A DNA stretch of 64,000 nt, taken from Hydrolagus colliei. Lineage: Eukaryota. Location of the stretch: the NCBI GenBank assembly GCA_035084275.1, contig CM068778.1, positions 992,001-1,056,000 of the forward strand, given 5' to 3'. Both the position numbers and the translations under genes were made by a program. Shown here piece after piece: positions 1 to 10,906 of this stretch; within the stretch, counting starts at the first letter, position 1, and each line of letters begins with the position of its first letter. The notes under the pieces were generated by a model. That model did not search any database and was not told the origin of the DNA. It saw nothing but the letters and a program-made list of their open reading frames with translations.

Positions 1-216
1 ACATAATAATTACAACTAATAATTCTAACCAATTAAGGACTTTGAGACATCAGTAAGATGTGAAAAGCATTATATCAAATGCAAGGATTCTTTATTATTA
101 ATAATACTAACTACCTTTCAATGTTCATATGTGGTACATACTTGTATATGTGTCATATTGAAAGCAGTGATAACACCATATTAGATTCGAAGTAAAAATA
201 TTACAAAACTTCAACA

Positions 217-666
217 AGCTATGAGGAGAGGCTAGATAGGCTAGGGTTATTCTCTCTGGAGCAGAGAAGATTGAGGGGAGACCTAATAGAGGTTTATAAG
301 ATCATGAGGGGTTTCGACAGGGCAAATAGAGAAAAACTATTTCCACTCGTGGGTGAATCTGTGACTCGTGGTCACAGATTTAAAATAGTTTCAAGGCGAA
401 GTAGAGGGGAGCTGAGGAGAAATTTTTTCACTCAGCGAGTTGTTCGAATCTGGAATGCATTGCCTGAAAAGGTGGTGGAGGCTGATTCGATAATAACTTT
501 TAAAAGGGAATTAGATCTTTATTTAGGGAGAACGGGTCTATTAGGCTATGGGGAGCGGGCAGGGCAGTGGGATTGAATCGCTCTTTTCAAAGAGCCGGCA
601 CAGACTAGATGGGCCGAATGGCCTCCTTTTGTGCCGTAAAATTCTATGATTCTATGATTCTATGAT
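217..666 (+). mobile_element. CR1-like LINE, 5'-truncated 3' end (family A, (ATTCTATG)n tail)
   Basis: ORF 271..576 is a CR1 ORF2 C-terminus (RGDLIEVYKIM...RNFFTQRVV); the 3' UTR ends in ttctatgattctatgattctatgat; nearly identical to 61808-62254. Confidence 0.92.
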
Positions 667-745
667 TAAGACATTAACGTGAAGAAACAATCATTTGTGT
701 CCACAACAAGGTCTGAGGCCACGTGATCACTGTATGTGAGGAGAA

Positions 746-779
746 TGGCGCCCCCTGTCCTGCCCTAGTGTCAGTGCAG
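746..779 (-). promoter_or_regulatory. Putative CTCF site (core plus upstream motif)
   Basis: Minus strand reads CTGCACTGAC-actag-GGCAGGACAGGGGGCGCCA, resembling the CTCF core CAGGGGGCGC with a TGCA-type upstream motif; conserved in the duplicate at 22575-22608. Confidence 0.5.
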
Positions 780-1498
780 CCTTTTCATACCATTCGGAAA
801 AGCGCCAAACTCACTCGCACAAAGAGAGGAGACAATGCAAACCCTTTTCAGGTGAATATTGACTGCGACTCACCACAGATCCCATTTCGTGTATAATTCT
901 TAGTTTAATCTGTAGCATTAATCACCATTGATACTTTTTCACCCACAAATCTAGTCAATTCACTTCACAGTACAGTGCACTGTGTATTCTGTGAAGTGCT
1001 TTGAGACGTTGATAAGATGGGAAAAGCGCTACATCAAATGCAAGGATTATGATTATTATTACATATGAAAATATTCCAAATCCCCTGAAAATCGGTTTAC
1101 ATTTGGAGCCTGATCTACATTAAATTGCTGATTTCGCAAGTTGCCCAGAAGTTATTTTTAGATAAACACTCGACCCACACATCAAAACCATTTATCCCAC
1201 TGATCAGCCTCTTTCAAATATTATTGATGATACAGCAAAAGGCAGCAGTAACCCAAGTGATATTTTGTACTGGCATGACTACTGATTGCTTTAGCGTCTC
1301 AACAACGCATTAGCATTGAAGGAGGAGAGAAGATTAGACATTGATCCAAACTTAAAGTCATCTCTAGCAGAAGAACAAATGACAATCGTACAGTGGATTT
1401 CCAGTGGAGAGAACGACCCCAGCCAGGACTTGAATATTGTTAGTGCACAGACATGTCTAACAGCAGTTTGTTACAGCTCAGTCAGGGAAGTGGTGTGT

Positions 1499-1514
1499 GG
1501 CTCTGAAAAGAGCC
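1499..1514 (-). promoter_or_regulatory. Histone 3' stem-loop (H2B)
   Basis: Reverse complement GGCTCTTTTCAGAGCC is the canonical SLBP hairpin; HDE-like CTGAGCTGT lies downstream. Confidence 0.95.
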
Positions 1515-1532
1515 TTTGTGTGTATCTGGAGC

Positions 1533-1660
1533 NNNNNNNNNNNNNNNNNNNNNNNNNNNNNNNNNNNNNNNNNNNNNNNNNNNNNNNNNNNNNNNNNNNN
1601 NNNNNNNNNNNNNNNNNNNNNNNNNNNNNNNNNNNNNNNNNNNNNNNNNNNNNNNNNNNN
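1533..1660. other. Assembly gap (128 N)
   Basis: Run of N. Confidence 1.
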
Positions 1661-1949
1661 TCGACCGCTTGTTGTACTGAGCCAGGCGGGAAGCCTCGGA
1701 GGCGATGCGCTCGAAGATGTCATTGACAAAAGAGTTCATGATGCTCATGGCCTTGGAGGAGATGCCGGTGTCCGGGTGAACCTGCTTCATCACTTTGTAC
1801 ACGTAGATGGAGTAACTCTCCTTCCTCGATTTCCTGCGCTTCTTGCCCGCAGTCTGCGGTTTGCGAATGGCTTTCTTGCTGCCTTTCTTGGGCGCTCCTT
1901 TGCCCTCAGCTTTGGCTCCTTTGCCCTCGGATTTCGATTCTCCTGCCAT
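1545..1949 (-). CDS. H2B: Histone H2B with divergent N-terminal tail; C-terminus falls in an assembly gap (3' coordinate inferred)
   Basis: ATG at 1949; [54 protein letters not shown] is H2B core; the 128-N gap can hold the 38 remaining canonical codons plus stop. Confidence 0.9.
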
Positions 1950-2305
1950 TTTGTCTGAATATAATAAAATAGGACAATGTAAGGCAGTGCTCGCAAGGTT
2001 TCCTTATATCATAACGCCATCCAATCACAGCACAGTATTCTGTTCATCCTTGCTTAGCATAAAGAGTTGTTACCCAACGGGAACCCAGGGATGTGTGTGA
2101 ACCAATCCGATTGATGCTCCCACCGCACCAAACACGAGCCTGACAGTCAGAGGCAAATGAGGGATTGAAAAGATGCTTTGCTGTGTTTGGCTGAGAGTCA
2201 CATGTTGATGTGCTGGGGATTTGGTTGGACAGAGGACGGGAGCCTAACTGAGGGGCTGAGATGATTTAAGCGGCGGCTTTGGTTCGTGTTGTAAACTGAG
2301 TAAAA
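1950..2305. promoter_or_regulatory. Divergent H2B/H2A promoter
   Basis: TATAAG on the minus strand near 2004-2009, CCAATC at ~2021 and ~2102, octamer-like ATTTGCCT (minus, ~2152-2159), TTTAAG near 2265. Confidence 0.7.
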
Positions 2306-2692
<387 letters not shown>

Positions 2693-2720
2693 ACCATCCA
2701 CATGTTCCTGTCAAACCCAA

Positions 2721-2736
2721 GGCTCTTTTAAGAGCC
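2721..2736 (+). promoter_or_regulatory. Histone 3' stem-loop (H2A)
   Basis: GGCTCTTTTAAGAGCC followed by purine-rich HDE TGAAAGAGCC at ~2751-2760. Confidence 0.95.
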
Positions 2737-3237
2737 ACTCACCGTGTCTATGAAAGAGCCGTTGACCGTTTCAGCCTCTGGAACTCCAGTGTCTGAGGCT
2801 TGTTTGCTCCAAACACAGCGACCGCAGTGCATGGCGCCAAACCATCGCTCTTTATCGCATTCAATTGTGTTGCTGCAAATATATACCGTCAATTCACTGT
2901 AATTACTACTCTAATCTCTGATTCGTTTGTATGGATGGGGAACGGATTGGCCCCAGGTCTGTATATATTCAAACTTCACTGGAAGCGGTTCCCAGTTGCT
3001 CTCAATTTACTGTGTACAATGCGGCGGAGGCGTGAGGGAAACTTAATGCATGTTGAGTCTTGATTGTAATGGCGAGATGGCCTGGGAGAGATGTTAGGCC
3101 ACACAGCTTATTCCTCGTTGTATCATTGGCTGTTACTGTATGTAGATAAAGTGACGGTAGTCTTTTGCTGACGAGAGAGTGTAAAGTGTGCGGGGTGGGA
3201 GAGAAAGGTCGCCGCTCTGTTCACTGGACCATTTGGT

Positions 3238-3253
3238 GGCTCTTAAAAGAGCC
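3238..3253 (-). promoter_or_regulatory. Histone 3' stem-loop (H3)
   Basis: Reverse complement GGCTCTTTTAAGAGCC, 33 nt after the stop. Confidence 0.95.
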
Positions 3254-3286
3254 TTTGTGGTGACAGATGATGTGGTGATGGCCAGG

Positions 3287-3865
<579 letters not shown>

Positions 3866-3984
3866 TCACCTTCAGAAATTCCGTTTCAAATAAATACTGA
3901 TCAGAAGAATTGTATAAAATATCATTAATCTTTGTTTTTTAACAAGAAAGGCTCATTGATGGAAATGCTAAGTTACTTTCGATC

Positions 3985-4195
3985 AAAAACAGAAATGGCT
4001 GAGAACACTCAGCAGGTCAGGCAGCATCTTTGGAGAAAGCGGACGTTTCGAGTCCGCAATCCTTCGTCAGAACGGGGGCAAGTTGGGAGGAAAATGCTGT
4101 TTACAGCGAACCGAGGGAGTGAGACGAATGAGAAAATGGAGTGGAGAACAGGGGATAATGGGTTAAAGAGGTTTAAAGAGGACACTTCCCGGTGA
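3985..4195 (-). mobile_element. Penelope-like retroelement terminal fragment with degenerate minimal hammerhead motif
   Basis: Minus strand ...GTTCTGACGAAGGATTGCGGACTCGAAACGTC...AGATGCTGCCTGACCTGCTGAG, recognised as a common chondrichthyan Penelope-type end; second copy at 63807-63945. Confidence 0.65.
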
Positions 4196-5558
4196 GTTTG
4201 ATTCTGATGGGGCGTTTGCTGTAAGAATAAAACTGTCGAGTGTTTTTGCAGTTGGTTATTTGTGAGAATACTGATTTGCATGAATTTCAGTGAATCTGTG
4301 ATTCCCTAAACAAACATGGAACCAATAATCCGTGTTCATGTCTGTCCGTGTCCATCACATTGTTACTATCTCAACGTGTAATTGATACTGTTGTGGGTGT
4401 ATGTTTGCATCTATAAACGCTTGTGTTTTGCTGCTCCTTGCAGATTATGTTTTGATGGACAGTGAAGATCACTATTTTGCTAAAAGTGAATTTATAGCAT
4501 TAAACACCTGTGCTTGACAGCCTGTGTGATTATTGCTGTTTGTGAGACTGGCAGTAGGAAAATTACATTTTTGTTCAAGCGCCTTTCACGCGGGGAGGAT
4601 GTCGCAAGGCTCTGGAAACATATTCGCACTTGGTAATGAACATACATTCATAGAATTTTACGGCACAAAAGGAGGCCATTCGGCCCTTCTAGTCTGTGCC
4701 GGCTCTTTGAAAACAGCGATTCAATCCCACTGCCACTGCCACTCAGCGCTTTGGGGCGTCCTCCCGACGTCACAGGCGCTCTAGAAATGCAATTCTGTTG
4801 TTGTATTTTTGTTGTTGTTGTTGCTGTATCTTTGGCACTGACTCTCTTCCCGCCTTGTTACTGTGTCGATCATTGGTTGGCACTGTGACTCACAGCAAAT
4901 TCAAAAAGCCCGCCAATTTCACGATGAAAACTAACTTCTCCCCGCTATCAATAGATGGACCAGGTCCCTGAGCACAGAATAGCTACAGCAGGTGAACGGC
5001 AAACACACCATTCATCATTCTGCCAAAAATAAAAACAAACTGACAAGTGGATGTGCTGGAGTTTGTGTCTAAAATCTCACACCGACACACACTGAACCTC
5101 TGATTGTCTGAGCCTCATTTTATACCTTAAACAGTCTCATATTCCACAGCTGGACCTACAACATGCAGTGAATTCAGGATTATTTGGGCTATAATGGGAG
5201 GAGGAGGAACATTAATAGTTAATAGTAACTTATTCTGGGGAGTGAAGTTAATGCTACTTCCCGCTCATTCTGGCTGGAGCTGCTTTAGCATCACTGATTG
5301 ATGGAGAACCACGGCTTTTAGCGTTTCACAAGTCAATTTGAATTGGGGTTAAACTGCCTGAACAATTGTCATCTGAGTGAACCTGCGGGCGGAGCTGAGC
5401 TGCGGCAGCTGTTGCCTGTGACTGTGTGAGTGTGTTACAGTGACTGTCTCCTCCCCTCGCCAGCTCTGCCGTCGTCAGCCAGGTCGGGGCGCCCTCTACA
5501 CAAACAGACAGCCCTCGCTGGTTGGGCCATTCGACTGTTTGTTGAGAACAGCAAGTGA

Positions 5559-5876
<318 letters not shown>

Positions 5877-5907
5877 ACGTCTCCCAGGTCAACACAAAAA
5901 CAACAAA

Positions 5908-5923
5908 GGCTCTTCTAAGAGCC
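5908..5923 (+). promoter_or_regulatory. Histone 3' stem-loop (H4)
   Basis: GGCTCTTCTAAGAGCC; HDE-like CAAAGGCTGT at ~5940. Confidence 0.93.
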
Positions 5924-6142
5924 GCCCAACCGCTCGTATCAAAGGCTGTAACCTCACAACTAAACTAACCTTGGCTGTGAGGGCTTTGTCCTGGATGACA
6001 GGATGAAGGAGACGTCGTATAAAGGTTGGTTTAAATGTATCACCTGCTATGATGTAAACACCGACAAATGATGTAGATAATCATATAGTCACATATATAA
6101 TGAAAACGGGTCAGAGGGATCTCTCTCTCTCTCTGTCTCTGC

Positions 6143-6522
6143 CTCCTGTCAATCACTGGGTACCAGGGAGACAGTGGGCGTGTTTCCCCGCCTCTCCTGT
6201 CAATCACTGGGTACCAGGGAGACAGTGGGCGTGTTTCCCCGCCTCTGCTGTCAATCACTGGGTACCAGGGAGACAGTGGGCGTGTTTCCCCGCCTCTCCT
6301 GTCAATCACTGGGTACCAGGGAGACAGTGGGCGTGTTTCCCCGCCTCTGCTGTCAATCACTGGGTACCAGGGAGACAGTGGGCGTGTTTCCCCGCCTCTG
6401 CTGTCAATCACTGGGTACCAGGGAGACAGTGGGCGTGTTTCCCCGCCTCTGCTGTCAATCACTGGTTACCAGGGAGACAGTGGGCGTGTTTCCCCGCCTC
6501 TCCTGTCAATCACTGGTTACCA
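6143..6522 (+). repeat. 51-bp minisatellite, 7 full units plus a partial
   Basis: Unit CT(C/G)CTGTCAATCACTGG(G/T)TACCAGGGAGACAGTGGGCGTGTTTCCCCGCCT; gives the 17-aa periodic ORFs in the track. Confidence 0.97.
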
Positions 6523-7019
6523 CTAAGATGTTCTGACCTCACCGAAGGACCGGATGCAGGAGAGGGTAGCAGTGCTGACGGTACTTGAGTGAGTAGGAGG
6601 GAGCTGGAGACGTCATGTAAGATGCACTCCCAGACAGAGGTGAGGTGAGAGAGAGATCTGTGTATAACAACAACAACAAATTGTGTGTCAGTGTCTGTGA
6701 GTGAGTGTCAGTGTGTGTGTCTCTGACCTACCTGTGTGTCTATGTGTGTGTCAGTGTATGTGAATGTATGTGTATGTGTGTGTCTGTCTGTGTGTGTGTG
6801 TCTCTGTCCTACCTGTGTATCAAGGTTAGCGTCTCTGCCCCCCTCACTGGAACCTGAGGGTGAGGTGGGAGACGCAAGGGGGAAATGTACCGCCTCCTCG
6901 TCCTCACTGGCACTAACCTCCCCCCTCCCTCGCTCTGTAACAGAGAGAGAGAGAGAGAGGGAGGTGGGAGGGAGAGACGGAGGGACGGGGGGGAGGGAGG
7001 GATGCTGAGTTCTTGAACC

Positions 7020-7196
7020 TATTCAAGACTGAGATTCATAGATTTTTTTGTCGATAAAGGGATTAACGGATATGGGGATAAGATGTGTAGGTGGAGTTAG
7101 AATAGATCAGCCATGATCTTATTGAATGGCGGGGCAGGCTCGAGGGGCCGAATGGCCTACTCCTGTTCCTAATTCTTATTGTCTTATGTTCTTATA
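7020..7196 (+). mobile_element. CR1-like LINE 3' end (family B, (TTCTTATG)n tail)
   Basis: ...GGCCGAATGGCCTACTCCTGTTCCTAATTCTTATTGTCTTATGTTCTTAT; same 3' UTR as the 45117 copy. Confidence 0.85.
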
Positions 7197-7616
7197 TATT
7201 TTAAAAAGTCATTTCAATCTATGACTGTTTGTGGGCCACTGCTGTGCGCAATTGGCTGCTGTGTTTTGCCCACATAGATACACATATAGTCAATTCACTT
7301 TACAGTATATTCTGTGAAGCGCTTTGAAAGTCCAGAAGATGTGAAAAGTGCAATATCAAACACGATTATTATTGTTAGTAGTATTATTATTACCCTACAA
7401 AATTGCCACATATCTCTTAAAACCATAACCTAATACAGTACAGTATATCCAGTACAATGAAATATCATGCTCCACTGTTGTTTCATACAGGGCTAACAGT
7501 AATATAATACAGAAATGTAATAGAGTAAAAATAGTATCATGAGAAGATAATAACAGTAATAAAGACAAAAATAATATTAACATTGAAACAATACTAAACA
7601 ACAACCAGCTCACATA

Positions 7617-7910
7617 CAACAACAACTTTGATTTATACAGCGCCCTCCACGCCGGACAGCGTCTCAGAGCGCTTCACAGTAGCGGACCCCGGGGACCGAG
7701 CCAGGGGCAGGAAGGTGACCAAAGGCGCGATCGAAGAGAAAGATCTTCAGCTGGGGGGGGGAGGGGGGGGGAGGGGGGGGAGTGAGGGAGGGAGTTCCTG
7801 AGCCTCGGGGTGTAGTGACTGAAGGCCTGGCTGCCGAGGGTGGAGCGGAGGATTCGGGGGGACATGGAGGAGGCCAGACCCGGGGGAGCGAAGGCAACGG
7901 GAGCTGGGGT
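7617..7910 (-). mobile_element. L2-like LINE 3' fragment
   Basis: Minus strand ends ...GAAGCGCTCTGAG...GAGGGCGCTGTATAAATCAAAGTTGTTGT; absent from the paralogous right-arm site (~53830). Confidence 0.75.
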
Positions 7911-8029
7911 GAGGAGAGAGGAGGCCAGAGAGGTTGGGGGGGGGGGGGGGGGGGGGCAGAGGGTACATCACCCTCCACACAGGATTACTGTATATCAGTG
8001 ATTAACATGGGGAGGGCGTGTGGGTGGGT

Positions 8030-8230
8030 CTCCCTCTCCTGTCAATCACTGGTAACCAGGGATACGTGGGTGTCTCACTCTCCTGTCAATCATTGGTTAC
8101 CATGGAGACAATGTGCGCGTAGGCAATGCGCGTCATCAAGCTGCGTCAACTAGTCACGTGATCAGTGTCTCCAATGGCGGCGAGAGGGTCACCGAGAAGA
8201 CAGGGTGATGGCTGTCTCTGTGCAGCTTGA
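8030..8230 (+). promoter_or_regulatory. CpG-rich promoter and probable non-coding exon 1 of the left ZNF gene
   Basis: Two CTGTCAATCA + X-box units (8036-8065, 8080-8109), NRF1-like TGCGCGTAGGCA, E-box TCACGTGA, YY1/initiator-like CCAATGGCGGCG, then GAG|GT and GA/GT microsatellites; paralog at 53545-53800. Confidence 0.65.
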
Positions 8231-8334
8231 GGTGCAGGGAGAGAGAGAGAGAAGGTGAGAGACAAAGGGAGAGAAGGTGAGAGAGAGCTAGAGAGAAGCT
8301 GGGGAAGTGAGAGAGAGAGTCTGTGTGTGTCTCC

Positions 8335-8365
<31 letters not shown>

Positions 8366-8444
8366 GCCTTCCCTGCAGGCGGTCCTGGTGTGAGGGTGAA
8401 TGTGGCTGTGTGAGAGTGTGTATGTCTATGTGTGTGTGTGTGTG

Positions 8445-8745
8445 AATCACCTTCAAGGCCATTCACAGCCTTGCCCCCACCTATCTCTCCGACCTGCTGT
8501 CTCGCCCGTCCCCTCCTTCTCTACGTCCACCGCCCTAAACCCCACCATCGGCGGCCGGGCTGTCACCCTCTCTGCTCCCACACTGAGGAACTCCATCCCG
8601 CAATCCCTTCGCCTCACTTCCTCCTTCAAGGCCGGTCTCAAGACCTTCCTCTTCGACCGTAGCATCTGCTCCCCTCCTAACTCTTCCCCCTCTCCTCTAT
8701 AAAGGTGCTCTATAAATGTAATTTTGTTGTTTTTGTTGTTGTTCT
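8445..8745 (+). mobile_element. L2-like LINE 3' fragment
   Basis: TCACCTTCAAGGCCATTCAC...CTGTCACCCTCTCTGCTCCC...AAAGGTGCTCTATAAATGTAATTTTGTTG; paralog at 49316-49480. Confidence 0.75.
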
Positions 8746-9639
8746 TAAGTGGCTGTGTGTGTGGCTGTGTGTGCATCTCCCTGACGCTCCCCTCTTGACT
8801 CCCTATAGGAGGTCCTGGTGTGAGGGTGACTATGGCTATGTGTGTGTCCGTAACCCCCCTTGCCTCCCAGTAGGGGGTCCCTATGTGAGGGTTAGTGTGG
8901 CTACTGTGTATGTGTGTGAGTGCGTGTGTGTGTGTCAAAATGAGTGTGAGAGTGAGTGTGCTTGTGTGTGTGTCTTCCTGAACCCCCACCCCTTGTCTCC
9001 CTATCAGACATCCTGGTGTGACGGTGAATGTGTCTGTGTCTCTGTGTCTGTGTGTGTCTCCCTGACCCCCCCATTGTCTCCCTGTAGGGGCTGCATTTGA
9101 CCATATGTTTGGCTGGTAACACATCAGGTATAAGTTTGTGCTGCTAACACAAGGCAGTAGAGAATGTCTGAGGAAACCCAAGCCAGCAACATGGAATGTG
9201 CGATTACCCCAGAGAAAGGTAACCACTCAATGTATCTGCACCTTACTGTATTTGCTTATTACTTAAATGTGCAGGCTGTGTTTATTTATAACTTGCCCAT
9301 GCATTGCTTGCATTTCGCCCACAATTATACAGTCAATTCACTTTACAGTATATTTTGTGAAGCACTTTGACACATCAATATGATGTGAAATGCGTTATAT
9401 CAAATGCAAGGATTATATAATTTGATATTTCCCTTTCACATCTTCTAGATGTCTCAAAACACTTCACAGGATCTACTGTAAAGCAAATTGACTGTATATT
9501 TGTGGACAAAACTCAGCAGCAAATCGTGCATAGCAGTGTCCCAGAATCAGCAGTGGAACAAAATGATCAATTTTTTTTTTTTTTAGCAATTATTGTAAGT
9601 AAATCTTCGAAGGAAGTAAGTAAACCTTTGTATGTGGCA

Positions 9640-10150
9640 GGGCAGTGAGATAAGGCTGTTTAAAAAAAAGCATACAGGATACTACGCTTTATAAATAGTG
9701 GCATTGAGTACAAAGGCCAGGAAGCTTTAATTAACCTGTATAATACTTGGTTTAGGCCTCAGTGCTGTGTTTTGATTCTGGGCACCACACTTTAGGAAGG
9801 ATGTTAAGGCCTTGGAAAGGATGCAGAGGAAATTCACTGGGAGGTTAGCAGGATTGAGGGACTTTGGTTATGAGAAAAGTCTACAAAGTCCAGGATTAAT
9901 TCTCATTGGAGCAGAGAACGTTACGAGGAGACCTGATAGAGGGTTTTTTCATGCAGCAAGTTGTTCGAATCTGGAATGAATTGCCTGAAAGGGTGTTGGA
10001 GGCTGATTTGATAACAACAAGTGGTGGGTAGTTATTTGGGGAGGAAAGGTTTTGTGGGGTTATTGGAAAAAATCCAGGGAGTTGGATTGACATTGAATAG
10101 TTCTTTTCAAAAAGCCAGCACAGACTCGATGTGCCAATATGCCTCACTTT
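9640..10150 (+). mobile_element. Degraded CR1 family A fragment (paralog 44935-47620, split by a family B insertion)
   Basis: Decayed ORF2 C-terminus (AGGCCTCAG...GGGCACCACACTTTAGGAAGGATG...GGAGACCTGATAGAGG). Confidence 0.75.
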
Positions 10151-10906
10151 AGCTGTAAAATCTATCAACCAGGTTCATACTTACTGCTCTGCAAACAGTG
10201 GCCTGTGGAGCGAGGAAACTTGTCTAAGGTTTTCCCTACCTGGGAATCAAGCCTGTGTTCTCTTGTGCAAGGTGCTAACCAATTTGATTAGGAACAATTT
10301 TATTTACTGTCTACAAAACTCAAACGTCTCTCAGCCTAAAGCTGTTAGTGTTTTCAGTTCTCTGTGTACATCACGTTTTTGAATTCTGTTCTTGTTATCG
10401 ATTTACTCCCTAGGTCCCTGCACTGCAAAGGGTTTGAGCTCCACACAGAATCAATTGACTGGAGGAGAGGCCGGGAGCAACAGATACGATTTCAGAAAGA
10501 GGGAGAGAAGAATTTATACTGAGGAAAAGGATCTTCGTGACGATGATTACCTGTGTGAGTGATAAATCAATCAGAGTTTCTGAACATAAATTGGCCCAGA
10601 ACAGAATTGGGCAGATGCTATTCTAGCACTTTGACCTCTCAAGTCAGGACGTGGTGGATTCAAGACCCTGCCCCCTCTAGCCCCACATTGTGAACAGTGT
10701 ATTTATAGGACAGTTGGCTGACATTGTCTATCCCCGTTGTTCTGGCTTCAATAGAGTGTCCGGTACAGAGGCAGCAGTGCAGGGAGTCAACATCTGGTTA
10801 TGGGAACATGGTTCTTCATTGGAAAGACAATTATGGCGTAATTTAAGAGAGTTTATAGGAATTAGAGATAGACAGACAGGAGAATCGGGAGATTCTCATT
10901 TGGAAA

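Noticed and set aside
1482-1532. H2B C-terminal extension (APDTHKGSFQSHTPLP)
   Set aside because: It arises from translating through Ns; the gap can hold the normal end and stop. GCTCCAGA at 1525-1532 could alternatively be the last codons, which cannot be resolved without closing the gap.
2945-3063. CCAAT/TATA-like pair followed by MRRRREGNLMHVES as a protamine-like gene
   Set aside because: Only 14 codons, not Arg-rich beyond the start, and no 3' processing signal.
6143-6522. 51-bp array as a CRISPR array or a coding repeat protein (ORFs 6040..6462, 6100..6588, 6174..6536)
   Set aside because: The units are near-identical end to end with no unique spacers, there are no cas genes and the context is vertebrate; the ORFs stay open only because 51 is divisible by 3.
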